This document shows, piece after piece, positions 45,135 through 56,865 of a stretch of 64,000 nt of DNA. Each line of letters starts with the position of its first letter. The stretch's first letter is position 1. The DNA is from an uncultured Gammaproteobacteria bacterium (GTDB taxonomy: Bacteria > Pseudomonadota > Gammaproteobacteria > Steroidobacterales > Rariloculaceae), in NCBI GenBank assembly GCA_963714705.1, contig CAVQPJ010000005.1:270321-334320 (forward strand). Reading direction: 5' to 3'. The notes beneath the pieces are model-generated. The model ran no database searches. It worked only from the letters and a program-made list of their open reading frames with translations, and was not told the DNA's origin. Position numbers and translations under genes: made by a program.

Positions 45135-47755
45135 ATGACAACTCACGAACGACAGCGCGCTGCGCGCCGCACGCGCACGGCACGACACATCGCTGCTGCT
45201 CGCGATCGCGATCGCTGCTCGGCACTCTGCGCTGCCGGCGAGCGCGCATGGCGCAAGAAGCTCTCGAGGAAATCGTCGTCACGGCACGATTCCGCGAGGA
45301 GAACCTGCAGCAGACGCCGCTCGCGATCACGGCATTCACGGGCGACGTTGCTCGAAGCGCGCGGCGCGACGAGCACGCTCGATCTCGACGCGTTCGTGCC
45401 GAACGCGGTCATCGCGCCGCTCGGCGCCGGCTGGGGCTCGACGGCCGCGGCGTTCATCCGCGGCATCGGCTTGGGCGACAACTCGCTGTCGTTCGAGCCC
45501 GGCGTGCCGATCTACATCGACGACGTCTACCACGGCCGCCCGCAGGGCGCCGTCCTGGACTTGCTCGACGTCGAGCGCGTCGAGGTGCTGCGCGGCCCGC
45601 AAGGCACGCTGTTCGGCAAGAACACGCTCGGCGGCGCCGTGCGCATCATCTCGCGCAAGCCGGAAGGCGACGGCACGGGCTTCCTCGACGTCGGCGCCGG
45701 CTCGCGCGACCGCTTGAACCTCCGCGGCTCGTACGACTTCGCGCTCGCCGAGGACACGGTGTTCGCGCGCGTGTCGGCGTCGTCGAAATCGCAGGACGGT
45801 TACTTCGACATCCTCGACTACGAGTGCGTGAACGGCGCCGGGCACGCTCGGCTCTCGGCGGCCCCGGCAGTCGCCGCCGGCACTTCGTTCGCGTGGCGCC
45901 TCCGCCGGGAACGCCGCTCAACGACCCGCGCTGGATCTCGTACCGCAGTCGCGACGCACCCCGCGATCGGCGGCGTCGCGCTCGGCAGCGTCATCGGCAC
46001 CGACCGACGACCGCGGCTGCGTCGTCGACCACCTCGGCAGCGAGAACGTGCAGTCGGGCCGCGTCGCGCTGCGGTTCCTGCCCTCCGATACCGTCGAGAT
46101 CAACGTCGTCGCCGACATCACGCACATCGACCAGCAGGGCCCGGCCGACAAGTACACGGTCCAACTGCGCACGACCGAACGGCGTGCCGGCGCGCGTCGC
46201 GAACAGGCATCAACAACTGGAACAACAACGTGGCGCGTCCCGGTGTTCGGTCCCGGCGGCCAGTTCGACGGCCGTTTCCAAACGAACGACGGGTACACGA
46301 GCTATCACCGCTTCGGCCACGACCCGCTGACGCGGCGCACGACGCCGAACGTCAACGAGCTCACGCACACGGGGCTGCAAGCGACCGTCGATTGGGACAT
46401 GACCGACGACGCTGCACTTCAAGTCGACGACGTCGTACCGCGACTTCGACAACTCGTTCGGCCGCGACTCGGACGGCACGCCGCTACCGCAGCTCTTCAC
46501 GTGGGATACGTCGAAGCACGAGCAGTTCACGCAGGAGTTCCAGTTGAGCGGCCTCGTCGGGAGCCGAACGACGGCGTCGACGTGGACGACGGGCTTGTTC
46601 TACTACGACGCGTTCGACTCGAACCAGGGCTACGTCAACACGTTCACGCTACACGTCGACGCTTCTCCGACCACAAGGACGAGCAGGATCTGACGAACTA
46701 TGCCGTGTTCGCGCACTTCAACTGGGACGATCACGGAGAAGCTCGAGCATGTCCGGCGGCGTGCGCTACACGGACGACGAAAAGGTCGCGACATCTAGCG
46801 CGTGACGGGCAATACGGCGCCCCCGGGCGTCGGACTGCCTCAGTACGTGCTGATCCCGACACGGCATCGTCGTCGCGGAGTCGGAGGAGTGGTCGCCGAA
46901 GATCAGCTTCGACTATCAGTTCACCGACGACGATCATGGGCATACGGCAGCTGTCGACGGGGTTCCGCGGCGGCGGCTTCAGCCCGCGGCCGGCCAACGC
47001 GCTGCAGGTCGCAGCGTTCAATCCCGAGTACATCGACAGCTTCGAGATCGGCGTGAAGAGCGACTGGCTCGACGGGCGGCTGCGCTTCAACGGCGACGTC
47101 TACTACATGAAGAACACGGACAAGCAGCAGGCGACGCCAGACCTGCGCGCCGTGCTCGCCGCCCGATCCCGTCGATCGCGTGGTTCCAGACCGTCAACAC
47201 CGGCGAGTCGCGCAACTGGGGCGTCGAGGGCGAGATCCTGGCCGAGCCCGTCGAGAGCTTCCGTATCGACTTCTCGCTCGGCTACCAGAACTACAAGGTC
47301 ACGGACCTCGGCACGTCGGTCGGCTTGTTCATCACCGTGCCGGACACGTCGGGCGACCCGTCGATCCGCGGCGACGTGCATGTACTCGCCGCGCACGCCG
47401 GAGTGGAACTTAGGATTGGGCATGCAATACGAGTTCCACGTCGGCAGCCACGGCGCGACGCCTCGTGCCGCGCTTCGACTACACGTGGCAGGACGACATC
47501 TGGTTCGCGACGAATCCCGTGGCGGGCATCGTCAACGAGCAGGACGGCCGTCAGCCCGCCTATGGCGTGCTGAACGCGCGCGTCACTTGGACGGCGCCCG
47601 GACGACGCGCTGGTCCGTCTCGGCTTATGCGGTTGAACCTGACCGACGAGTACTACTTCTACGGCAAGCTGTCGCTGCTCGCGAACTCGGGCCGCGAGCA
47701 GGGCAACCCCGCTCCGCCGCGTGAGGTGGGCGTATCGCTGCGCTACAACTTCTGA
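45135..47755 (+). CDS. TonB-dependent outer-membrane receptor, frame-interrupted
   Basis: 44936..46330 frame (AQEALEEIVVTARFREENLQQTPLAITAF, a TonB-box/plug start). 45135..46547 (FEPGVPIYIDDVYHGRPQGAVLDLLDVERVEVLRGPQGTLFGKNTLGGAVRIISRKP). 46048..47724 and 47465..47755 (…YYFYGKLSLLANSGREQGNPAPPREVGVSLRYNF, with terminal aromatic). Confidence 0.85.
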
Positions 47756-47775
47756 CGCGTAGTGGGAAACTTGGG

Positions 47776-47811
47776 GGGCGCGCTCGGCGACGAGCGCGCC
47801 CTTTCTTTCTT
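47776..47811 (+). terminator. Rho-independent terminator after the TonB-dependent receptor
   Basis: A perfect 11-bp GC-rich stem, gggcgcgctcg gcga cgagcgcgccc, is followed by tttctttctt. It starts 21 nt after the stop. Confidence 0.8.
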
Positions 47812-47822
47812 GGGAAGCGGCC

Positions 47823-48315
47823 ATGGACATCGACACGTGGGAATTGTTGAGCTACATCGTGACGACGATCGGCTTGCCGCTCGCGATCGTCGTCTTCCTC
47901 TACGAGCAGAAGAAGGAGCGCGACAACGAGGACGAGGAGGTCTACCAGCTGCTCTCGGACAACTACCAGGATTTCCTGAAGATCGCGCTTGAGCACCCGG
48001 ACCTGCGCTTGTTCACGCCGAACGCAGACGCCGGCGCTCTCCGACGAACAGCGCGAGCGGATGCTGATCATCTTCAACATGCTGATCTCGTTGTTCGAGC
48101 GCGCGTACCTGCTCTTGTATGACGACAAGATGAGCTCGCGGCAGCAGCGCCGCTGGCTGTCGTGGGAGGACTACATGCGCGAGTGGTGCAGGCGCGAAGA
48201 CTTCCGCGCGCTGCTGCCAGTGCTGCTCGAGGGCGAGGACGCCGAGTTCAGCGCCTACATCCGCGCGTTGGCCGCGAAGCAATCCCCGACGGGCTCACTG
48301 CTCCTGTCGTCGTGA
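47823..48315 (+). CDS. Hypothetical membrane-anchored protein (~164 aa, one frame change)
   Basis: 47823..48122 (MDIDTWELLSYIVTTIGLPLAIVVFLYEQKKERDNEDEEVYQLLSDNYQDFLKIALEHPDLRLFTPNADA) is continued by 47989..48315 (LSDEQRERMLIIFNMLISLFERAYLLLYDDKMSSRQQRRWLSWEDYMREW...). It has an N-terminal TM helix. I recognise no family. Confidence 0.45.
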
Positions 48316-48322
48316 CGTCGCG

Positions 48323-50272
48323 CTAGTTAGCGAGATTCTCGGCGAGGAAGGCTTCGAGCGCTTTCAGCGTCTCGAGGCGCGTTTTCGCACCCGATAGCCA
48401 GTGATCCTCGCCTTCGAGCTCGACGAGCTGCACGCTCTTGCCGGCGCCCGTGAGCGCACGCTCCATCGTGCGACTTTGCACGATTGGTACGACGGTATCG
48501 TCGCGGCCATGAATCAGCAACACCGGCGCTTGCACGCGCTCGGCGTGCTGCGCCGGCGATGCCGCGTTCAGGTGGTCGGTGGGCGACTCCGCGTCCTCGA
48601 CGCCCATCGCCAGCCGCCAGTACGCCACCGTCGCGCTAAGGTCGCCGGCCCTACCGCGCTGGAAGCCGAGCATGTCGCGCAGGTCGGCGACGCCCGCGAT
48701 CGCTGCGGCACAACGATAGAGCTCCGGCGTGAACGCAGCGCCGGCTAGCGCGGCATACCCGCCGTAGCTCGCGCCGACGATGCAGATGCGCTCGGGGTCC
48801 GCGATGCCGGCGGCGACGACCGCGGCGACGCCGTCGGTCAGATCGTGCTGCATGACGCCGACGCCCCACTCCCCGTGACCCGCCTCCTCCCACTCTTTGC
48901 CGAAACCGCCAGATCCGCGGAAGTTCGGCTGCAGCACGGCGTACCCGCGCGAGGCCAACGCGTGCGCGAGCCAGTCGTAGCCGCTCAAGTCGCGCGCAGC
49001 CGGGCCACCGTGCGGCAGCAGAACCAACGGCGTCGGTCCTGTCGCATCGAGCGGCCGCGTCAAGTACGCGGGTATCTCTACGCCGTCGCGCGCGCGATAG
49101 CTGTAGGCGACTCGTTGCGCGAGCTTGACGCGATCGAGAACCGTGTTCGTGCTCGCGATCTGCTTCGCGGTCGCCGCCTTCGAGTCGAACAAATAGTACG
49201 CCGGCGCGCGATCGGGCCGCTCGGTGCTCACGATCCAACGCGAACGGTCCTGCGACCAAGAGACGATCCGCGGCGACTCGCCGCGAAATGCGTCGTCTAG
49301 CTCGGACTGGCGTGCGCGCAGCTCCGCGTCGAACCAGACCAGCTCGTCCGGCCCTATCACCGCACCGACGACGAGATTCGTATAGGGATCGGTGCGCGCC
49401 GACGTGACGTCGAGGGTGGCGTGCGTGTACAGCGGGCTTTCGATCGCGCCGTTCTCGGCCGAGATCACGTACAAGCCAAAGCGGCCGCCCTCGCTTGCTC
49501 GCTGCATGACGATCAGGCGGCCGTCGCCGTCCAGGCCCACGAGCGATAGCTCCGGAATTGCCACGGTTTGGGTCGCAACCACCTCCCAGGCGACTTCCGC
49601 GCGGCGCAGAATCGTGAGCAAGTCGCGTTCCTGCACGTACTCGAGGCGGAACTTCGGCGCACCGGTCTCGTCGACGACCCAGTCGCGTGTGTACCGCGTG
49701 CCGTCGTCGATCTCTCGGCGGTCATCGTTCTTCGCGTTGACGGCGAACAGGACGCGATTCGCCTCGGGATCGTAGCGCGGCATCAGCACGAGACCCGTGG
49801 AGCGCTGGTAGCCGACGACCTGCGCGCCGTGCACGAACACGTAGCCGCCGATCGTCGCGGCGCCGCCGCCCTGGGTCTGTGTGCGCGCCTTGTCGAGCAG
49901 CAGCTGGCGCATGTTGATCTCGCCGGAAAGGTCTATGCCGTACGGCGCGAAGGACTCGGCCCGCCGAGGTCCGAAGTCGATCGTTTCGCTCGCGAGGAAC
50001 AATAGCGTGTCGTCGTTTGCCCAAACGACGTCGCGGGGCTTCATGACCGAGACATCGACGGCCGCGCCCACGGCCATCGTCTCGAGGTCGGATACCAACA
50101 CGAAGCTGCCGGCGTCCGCTTGCGCGATGAACGCGAGCCGCTTGCCATCCGGTGAAATGCTCGGCGACTGGAGCGCCGGCAGCGCGGCGAAAGCTCCGAG
50201 GGGCGGGCGTTGCGCTTGGGCGAGCGGGCACACGGCGAGCAACATCACGCTGACGACATGGACAGGCTTCAT
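48323..50272 (-). CDS. S9-family serine peptidase (prolyl oligopeptidase / acylaminoacyl-peptidase-like) with signal peptide, frame-intact
   Basis: Single 649-aa ORF: MKPVHVVSVMLLAVCPLAQAQ, then a beta-propeller-like N-terminal half. The C-terminal alpha/beta-hydrolase half carries LLPHGGPAARD, ICIVGASYGGYAAL (GxSxGG nucleophile elbow) and LLIHGRDDTVVP. Confidence 0.85.
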   Translation of the reverse strand: MKPVHVVSVMLLAVCPLAQAQRPPLGAFAALPALQSPSISPDGKRLAFIAQADAGSFVLVSDLETMAVGAAVDVSVMKPRDVVWANDDTLLFLASETIDFGPRRAESFAPYGIDLSGEINMRQLLLDKARTQTQGGGAATIGGYVFVHGAQVVGYQRSTGLVLMPRYDPEANRVLFAVNAKNDDRREIDDGTRYTRDWVVDETGAPKFRLEYVQERDLLTILRRAEVAWEVVATQTVAIPELSLVGLDGDGRLIVMQRASEGGRFGLYVISAENGAIESPLYTHATLDVTSARTDPYTNLVVGAVIGPDELVWFDAELRARQSELDDAFRGESPRIVSWSQDRSRWIVSTERPDRAPAYYLFDSKAATAKQIASTNTVLDRVKLAQRVAYSYRARDGVEIPAYLTRPLDATGPTPLVLLPHGGPAARDLSGYDWLAHALASRGYAVLQPNFRGSGGFGKEWEEAGHGEWGVGVMQHDLTDGVAAVVAAGIADPERICIVGASYGGYAALAGAAFTPELYRCAAAIAGVADLRDMLGFQRGRAGDLSATVAYWRLAMGVEDAESPTDHLNAASPAQHAERVQAPVLLIHGRDDTVVPIVQSRTMERALTGAGKSVQLVELEGEDHWLSGAKTRLETLKALEAFLAENLAN

Positions 50273-50304
50273 CGTCGACCCCCCCGCGGCTGGCTTTCCT
50301 AGTG

Positions 50305-51227
50305 CTACTGCGCGCTCTTCGCGGCGCGCTCACGCGCGCGGCCGGCGCTGAGCGCGTTCGGCAACGCGAGATTGCCCTCGTGGCAGGCGTACTCGAACAT
50401 CAGATAGCTCGGGTCGCGATTCAGCGGCAGCGCCACCGTCCACGGCGCCGTGTACACCTTCGGATCCGTGACCGTCGCCGAGTAGTTGATGACGTCCTCG
50501 CTGATGCGCGTGAAACGCTCGACGACGAGCATCTCCTCGCTGTGCGGGATACCGCGAATGCGCCCCGTCGCGGCGCTCGTCCCGAGCACACCTCTGTCGT
50601 TGAAGTTGGTCGTCTCGACGACGAGCGTGTTGCCTTCCCAGCGGCCGCGCGCGTCGCCGTTCCACAGGCGAATGTTCGCGCCGACGTGCGGCCGGCCGTC
50701 GAGCGGAATGATGCGCGTGTCGTGGATCATTTCGTAGGCGATGATCACGTAGCCCGGGAATCTGGACGATCTCGTAGCCGTTGTTGTAGCCGGCCGGGAA
50801 CATGCCGCCGGGCACTCCGCGCGTGATGCAGCGCACCCACGGCGTCTCGTGCACGTAGTGATCCTCGAGATGCGCGAGATCGTAGTCGCGCCTCTCCTCG
50901 GCCCATCTCATGACGGGCACGCGGCCATCCGGCGGATCGACGACCATCGAGCGGCGCGTCGGGCTCATCGGGCTGTCGTGGTCGGCCCAATGCGCGGGCG
51001 GGTTCACGGGATTGCCGAAGAGCGATGCGGCGTCGCTGGTCCGCCTCGAACGGCGTGCTATCGAAGTTGACCCACGTGCCCTGCAGATCGGGCTGACCGT
51101 CGGCCGTCAGCCGCGGCGTCCATTTTGTTGCTGCGGAGTCGGCTGGCGCGGGCGCCTGGCCGTGCGCAAGCGCGACGACGAGCACCGCGGCGGCTGCGAC
51201 CACGGCAACGGAACGACGCTCGTTCAT
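50305..51227 (-). CDS. Secreted conserved-looking hypothetical protein (~307 aa), frame-interrupted
   Basis: 50745..51716, from the Met at 51227 (MNERRSVAVVAAAAVLVVALAHGQAPAP...TADGQPDLQGTWVNFDSTPFE), with a GGAGGAG RBS. 50330..51007 (MVVDPPDGRVPVMRWAEERRDYDLAHLEDHYVHETPWVRCITRGVPGGMFPAGYNNGYEIVQIPG). 50305..50748 (IIAYEMIHDTRIIPLDGRPHVG...WEGNTLVVETTNFND...FEYACHEGN). The function is unknown. Confidence 0.5.
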
Positions 51228-51344
51228 TGGCGACTCCTCCCTTTGCGCTTCAATCGTACTGCTTTTCCGCCGGCCCGCGACATAGACCAGGCTCGCAGGT
51301 ATCGTGTTCGCGGCCGACACGGCATTCGTCAGAGGGGAACAGCG

Positions 51345-52516
51345 ATGAGCAACGAGCCCGACCGGGCGCAGGGCTTCAAGTTGAAGCGCCGCGAGTTCCT
51401 GTCGTCCGCAGCGATGCCCGTCGCCGCCGCCTTGGCGCCGGCGGCACTGCTCGCGCAAGAGCGGGGAGCCTCGGCCGTGCAAGAGCCGATCCGCGTCGGC
51501 ATCGTCGGCGCGGGCGGCATCGTGAGCTCGGTGCACGTTCCGGGCTTGAAGCGGCAGCCGGGCGTCGAGCTCGTCGCCGTCGCGAACCGGTCGCTCGAGT
51601 CGAGCCGGCGCGCCGCCGACGAGCTCGGCATTGCGCGCGCCTATGCGAATTGGGAAGAGCTGCTCGCAGCCGGCGGCCTCGACGCCGTGCTGATCGGCAC
51701 GTGGCCGTACATGCATCGCGACGATAACGTTGGCCGCGCTCGACGCGGGCTTGCACGTGCTCTGTCAGGCGCGCATGGCCAACGACACCGCGCAAGCGCG
51801 CGACATGCTGGCCGCGTCGGCACGCAAGCCGGAGCTCGTCTGCCAGCTCGTGCCGAGCTCGGGCACGTATCGCATCGATCGCGCGCTCCAGCGCCTGCTC
51901 CGCGAAGGCTTCGTCGGCGACATGCTTGTCCGTCGAAGTGCAGATGCTGCAGCGCGGCTTCGCGAGCTTCGACGGCGAGCTCGATTGGCGCCACGATCCC
52001 GAATTCAGCGGCATCAACGTGCTCAACGTCGGCGGCACCTACGAATCCGCGATGCGTTGGCTCGGCCTTGGGCGAAGCGTCATGGCGAAGACGCGAGTCC
52101 ACATTCCGACGCGCCGCGACGCGCAAGGCAGGCAGCGCGCGGCCACGATTCCCGACCACGTCGAGGTGCTGTACGAGCTCGACAACGGAGCGCCCGTGCA
52201 CATGAAGTTCAGCGAGACGACGGGCCTCTCGGCCGGCAACCAGATCTGGATCTTCGGCAGCGAGGGCACGATCCACGTCGACAACGAGCAGCGCATCTTC
52301 TTAGGAAGGCGCGGCGATCAAGCGCTCGCCGAGCTGCCAAACCCGCGCGAGCAGCAGGCGGCTCATCGCGTCGAGGAGGAATTCATCAACGCGATCCGCG
52401 GCCGCGAGCAGATCGCGATGAACACGTTCGAGATCGGCGTCCGCTACATGGAATGGACGGAGGCCGTGCATCGCAGCGCCGCCTCCGGCGCGGCCGTCGG
52501 GCTGCCGTTGGCGTAG
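51345..52516 (+). CDS. Gfo/Idh/MocA-family NAD(P)-dependent oxidoreductase with Tat signal, frame-interrupted
   Basis: 50910..52205 frame from the Met at 51345 (MSNEPDRAQGFKLKRREFLSSAAMPVAAALAPAALLAQ...IRVGIVGAGGIVSSVHVPGLKRQPGVELVAVANRS...WEELLAAGGLDAVLIGTWPYMH). 51730..52920 (LDAGLHVLCQARMAN). 51926..52516 (C-terminal alpha/beta domain). Confidence 0.8.
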
Positions 52517-52566
52517 CCGCCGTCGCGGGTTGTGAGGAAACGGCGTCGCGCGACGCGCCGACGAGC

Positions 52567-55500
52567 TCAGCGCACGCGAATGCGAAACTCGACGCTGAAG
52601 CTCGGGTCGTTGCCGCTCGCGGCGCCGGCCATCGCGCCGCTCGGCGCGATGCGCAGCGCCGTGACGTTCGGATCGACACCGTTACCGTTCGGCACGGGCA
52701 CGTAGTTGTACGGCGGCGCACCGCCTGGCTGGTTCGAGAACGTCACGTTCGTCGCGTAGTTGAACGTCAAGCCGCTCGGCACGGCGCCGTCGACGAATTG
52801 CACCGGATCCCGGGGCCGCCCGCGACGACGAGCTCGGCGTTCGCCGGCACGACGTCGGCGATCACGAGCGTGCTCGCGTCGACCGTGCCGACGCCGGTGT
52901 TCGTCACCGTCACGCGGTAGCGCTGCACGCTGCCGGGAATCTGCCGCGGATTGACGGCGCCGTTGATGGGATCGGACACCACGTCGACGGTCTTCGTCAC
53001 GCGCAGCGCGGGCAGCGTCGGCAGCACGACGAAGCCGTCGACGCGCATATCCGTCACGATGCCCTCGGTGCCTTCGACGCCCGTGACTTGCGCCGTCCAG
53101 CCGCCCGGCGGCGCGCCCGCCGGAAGCGACGTACGCGTATTCGTAGGTGCGCGTCGCGGCGCCCGAATCGGCGACCATCGCCATCGCCGCGTTCGCGACC
53201 CGCACGACGGACTGCCGGATCGATGATCGAGATGCGCGCCGACGCGATGTCGAAGCTGCCGAACGGATCGCTGATGACGGCGCGCACGTAGACGGTGCTG
53301 CCGAGCGCGAAGCTCGCTTGCGCAGCACCGCCGCTGTACGCCGCGCTGAACGTCTGCACGCTGTCGACGTTGATGACGGTCGCGCTGTTCAGCAACGACG
53401 CGGCTGAAGTTGCCGGCCGTCGCGCCGACGGGATAGACGAGCGTCGTGCGCGCCGGCGATGTTCGGCGCCGTCTGCGTGATCGTGACGCCGGAACGCCGA
53501 GCCCACGGGGAACGTCCGTCGCCGTGGGATTCGGGATCACGAACGTCGCGAGCGCGGGCGAGCCCGAGCGAGGGCAGCGTCGTCAGCGTCTGCGTCGCGC
53601 TGCCGATCGTGCCGGTGACCGTGTTCGCGAGCGTCACCTGCACCGTGCGCGCTGTTCGTGCCGGTGTTGTCGACTTGCGCCGCAGCCAGAGCGGCACGGT
53701 GATGTTGCCGCCCGGCAGCGTCAGGGGCAGCGCGAGCGTCGGCGTCAACGTCCAGACGACCGGCGTGCCGAACGCGACGGTGACGGCCGCGTCCGTACCC
53801 GGCGGATTACGCGACAACGCCACCGCCGGGCGTGCTGCGCAGGTACAACGGCTTCGAGCCCGACGACGGAATCGCCGACGGCGATACGATGAGCGTGCGG
53901 CGCCGCCGGCGTCGCGCCGGGGCCGCCGGGATTCGTGTCACCGTCGCGGTGTTGTCGATCGGCGTCGCGGGCGGCGTGCCGGCCGCGATGCGCGCGTCGA
54001 ACACGATCGTGACGCTGCCGTTCGCGGGCACGGCGATGTTGCGAACGTTGACGCGGCCCGTGCCGTTCGCGCCCGTGCCGGCGCCCGTCGACGCGTCGAC
54101 GGCGCCGGCCGGAATGCTCACGACCGCTGAGGTAGCCCGAGCTCGGCGGCGAGATCGTCGACGACGCTGACGCCCGTCGCGGCGACACCGGCCGACTCGA
54201 CGAGCGTGATCGTGTAGCGCAAGCGTGTCGCCAGGTTCCGGCTCGCCGCCGTTCAAGTCGACGACCGTCTTCGTCGACGTCGAGAGATTCGGGCCCGACG
54301 ACGACGGTGCGTCGGTCGCCGTGTTGTTCGCGGCGTTCACGTCGAAGCTCGCGCTCGTCACCGACGCCGTGTTCGTGACGCTCGGCACGGCGGCGCCGCG
54401 TCGCCGCGACCGTCAGCGCGATCGGCGGCAACGAGCTGCCGGAATTCGAGCGTCGGCGGATGCGTGCACGTGACGATCTGACCGGCAGCGCCGCACGCCC
54501 AGCCCGTGCCGACGCCGCTGACGAACGTGAGCCCCGCCGGCAACGTGTCCGTCACGACGACGGTGTTGTCCTCGCGCTGGTTGCCGGCCAGCGTTCGCAA
54601 CCGTCAGCGTGTAGACGTTGGTGCCGCCGACCGTGAAGTTGCCGATGTGCGTCTTCGTCAGCGACAAGATCGACGACAGGCTCGCTCGTCGCGCTGACGA
54701 TCTGCGCCGTCAGCAGCACGAGGTCGCCGCCGGCCGAGAACTGCGTCGTCGCCGACGTCTGACCCGGCGTCGAGCAGCGCCGTGACGTCGAACGTGTCGA
54801 CGTCGACGCCGTAGCTCGTCGCAACACCAGCCGTGTTGACGGTGCCGTCGTACGGTTGGATCGACGGGTCGCTGCCGGGGACGACGATGCCGTCGTCGAC
54901 GGCGGTGCCGTTGAAGCGCAGCACCTCGCTGAAGCCGTTCAGCGGCGTCGAGTTGCCGGGGTCGCCCTCCCACGCGACGATCGTCATGCGGCCGTCGAAG
55001 TTCGTCGGCGGAATCCGGAACCCGTCGGGATTCAATGTCAACGCGCTGCCGCGGAAGAACTGCAAGCCGTCGAACACGTTGACGGCGCGCAGGCGCTCGT
55101 TCACCGAGCCGTAGATCGCGACGACGCTCCAGCCCGCGGCGACGGCGCTGCTGCCGCAATGCGGCGCGCCGGTCGTGACGGTGAGGCCCGAGAAGGTCAG
55201 CGTGCCGTTGCCCGTAATGCGCGCTCGTGATGTCGGCGAAGCCGCCGAAGTACGGAAAGTTCGTGCCGCCGTTGTTGAACGTCGCCGCGAACGTGCGCTG
55301 CGCCGTGACGGCCTGCGCCGTTCAGCGTGACGTTCGTGTCGACGGTGGCGCCGGAGCCGCCCCAGTACAGATACGCGGCGACGATCGACGCGCCGGCCGG
55401 AATGCCGGTCGAGCGCTTGCGTGCTCGACGTGCCGACGGCGCACGCGTCACCGGTGCTCGGCTGCGTGCGCAGCGAGCCGCCCGTCGCGACGAAGTTGAT

Positions 55501-55607
55501 GGTTGCCCGTGAAACGCGCGTAACGCGTGATCGGCCTGCGCCGACGCCGCGCAGCGGCACGAGCATCAGGACGCATGACTCGCGCACGCTACGAGCAGCC
55601 GTTTCAT
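52567..55607 (-). CDS. Large secreted surface protein: N-terminal beta-rich lectin-like domain followed by several DUF11-type (conserved repeat domain) modules, frame-interrupted
   Basis: The ATG at 55605-55607 gives MKRLLVACA... 54658..55680 (ATINFVATGGSLRTQPSTGDACAV...ITGNGTLTFSGLTVTTGAPHCGSSAVAAGWSVVAIYGSVNERLRAVNVFDGLQFFRGSALTLNPDGFRIPPTNFDGRMTIVAWEGDPGNSTPLNGFSEVLRFNGTAVDDG). 55197..55451 (IPAGASIVAAYLYWGGSGATVDTNVTLNG). DUF11-like modules: 54413..54667 (LTKTHIGNFTVGGTNVYTLTVANAG), 54358..54600 (VVVTDTLPAGLTFVSGVGTGWACGAAGQIVTCTHP), 53807..54388 (PSVTNTASVTSASFDVNAANNTA...TVVDLNGGEPEPGDTL). The C-terminus is ...SFSVEFRIRVR. Confidence 0.65.
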
Positions 55608-55797
55608 GTCGAGGACGTCTAGTCAATGTGACCGGCCGAACTGAGCCGGACGCCAAGTGTCGAGCAATCGGACATAACAATCCGCGACGCCCTCGACAGT
55701 TTCTCCGCGAACTTTAGCTTAGCGTGCGCAAACCTTGAACGGATTCACAGGGTGACGCCGCGCATGACGCGCGCGCCGGTCGCATGGACGCGAGCAC

Positions 55798-56837
55798 ATG
55801 TGTTCACATAACTCGACGCCTGCGACGCAATTCGTGCGGCGACGTTCGCGAGCGACGTCTGCCCTGTTCGTCACGTTCGCTTGCGTCGCCGCGTTGCCCG
55901 CAGCCGTCGCACGCCGTCGGCACGGCGGCCGGCACGAACATTCAGAGCACCGCGACCGTCGACTACTCGATCGGCGGCACGCCGGCTTCGACGACGCTCG
56001 AACACGAGCACCGTTGCACGTCGCCGAGATCGTCAACGTCACGATCGCGCTGCAGAGCCCGACGATCTCCGTCGCGGCCGGCGCGACGCAACGAAGCGTT
56101 GCTGTTTCTCGTCACGAACACGCGGCAACAGCGCCGAGACGTTCGCGCTCGACGGGCGACAGCGTGCTCGTCGGCGACGACTTCGATCCGACGCCCGCCG
56201 CGCCGTTCATCTACTTCGACAGCGACGCGAGCGGCGACCTGTCGCCGGCCGACGTGCCGTACGTCGCCGGCAGCAACGATCCGCTGCTCGCGGCCGACGC
56301 GAGCGTCGCGGTCATCGTCGTCAACGACATTCCGGCGGGCCAGCCCGACGGCGATTGCGGCCGCAGCGAGCTGCGTGCGACGGCCGACGACGGGCACCGG
56401 CGCGCCGGGCACGGTGTTCCCGGGGCAAGGCATCGGCGGCGTCGACGCCGTCGATCGGCACGAGCGGCGGCGAAGCGGCCGTGTTCGGCGAGTACCTCGT
56501 CGGCGACATCCAGATCTCCGCCGTGAAGTCGCAAACCGTCTGCGACCCGTTCGGCGGCACCCAGCCGATCCCGGGCGCCACGATCGCGTACCAAATCGTC
56601 GTCACCGCCACGGGCACGGGCGCGGCGCTCGGCGCCGCATTCAACGACCCGATCCCGGCCGACACGACTTACGTCGCCGGCAGCTTGCGCTTGAACGGCG
56701 CGCCGCTGACCGACGCCGCCGACGCCGACGCCGGCTCGTTCGTCACGACGCCGGCGCCCGCGTCACCGTCGAATCTCGGCGATCTCACGTCCGCGGCCGG
56801 ACCACAGACCATCGATTTTCGCGTCACGATCAATTGA
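55798..56837 (+). CDS. Secreted DUF11-type repeat protein, paralog A (~346 aa), frame-interrupted
   Basis: 55798..56526 (signal-like SALFVTFACVAALPAAVA; ...VAEIVNVTIALQSPTISVAAGATQ...DFDPTPAAPFIYFDSDASGDLSPADVPYVAGSNDPLLAADASVAVIVVNDIPAG). 55784 frame (AVGTAAGTNIQSTATVDYSIGGTPAS). 55881..56837 (ISAVKSQTVCDPFGGTQPIPGATIAYQIVVTATGTGAALGAAFNDPIPADTTYVAGSLRLNGAPLTDAADADAGSF...GPQTIDFRVTIN). Confidence 0.6.
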
Positions 56838-56865
56838 CGATCGCGTCACTCCAGGAGGAAGCACC

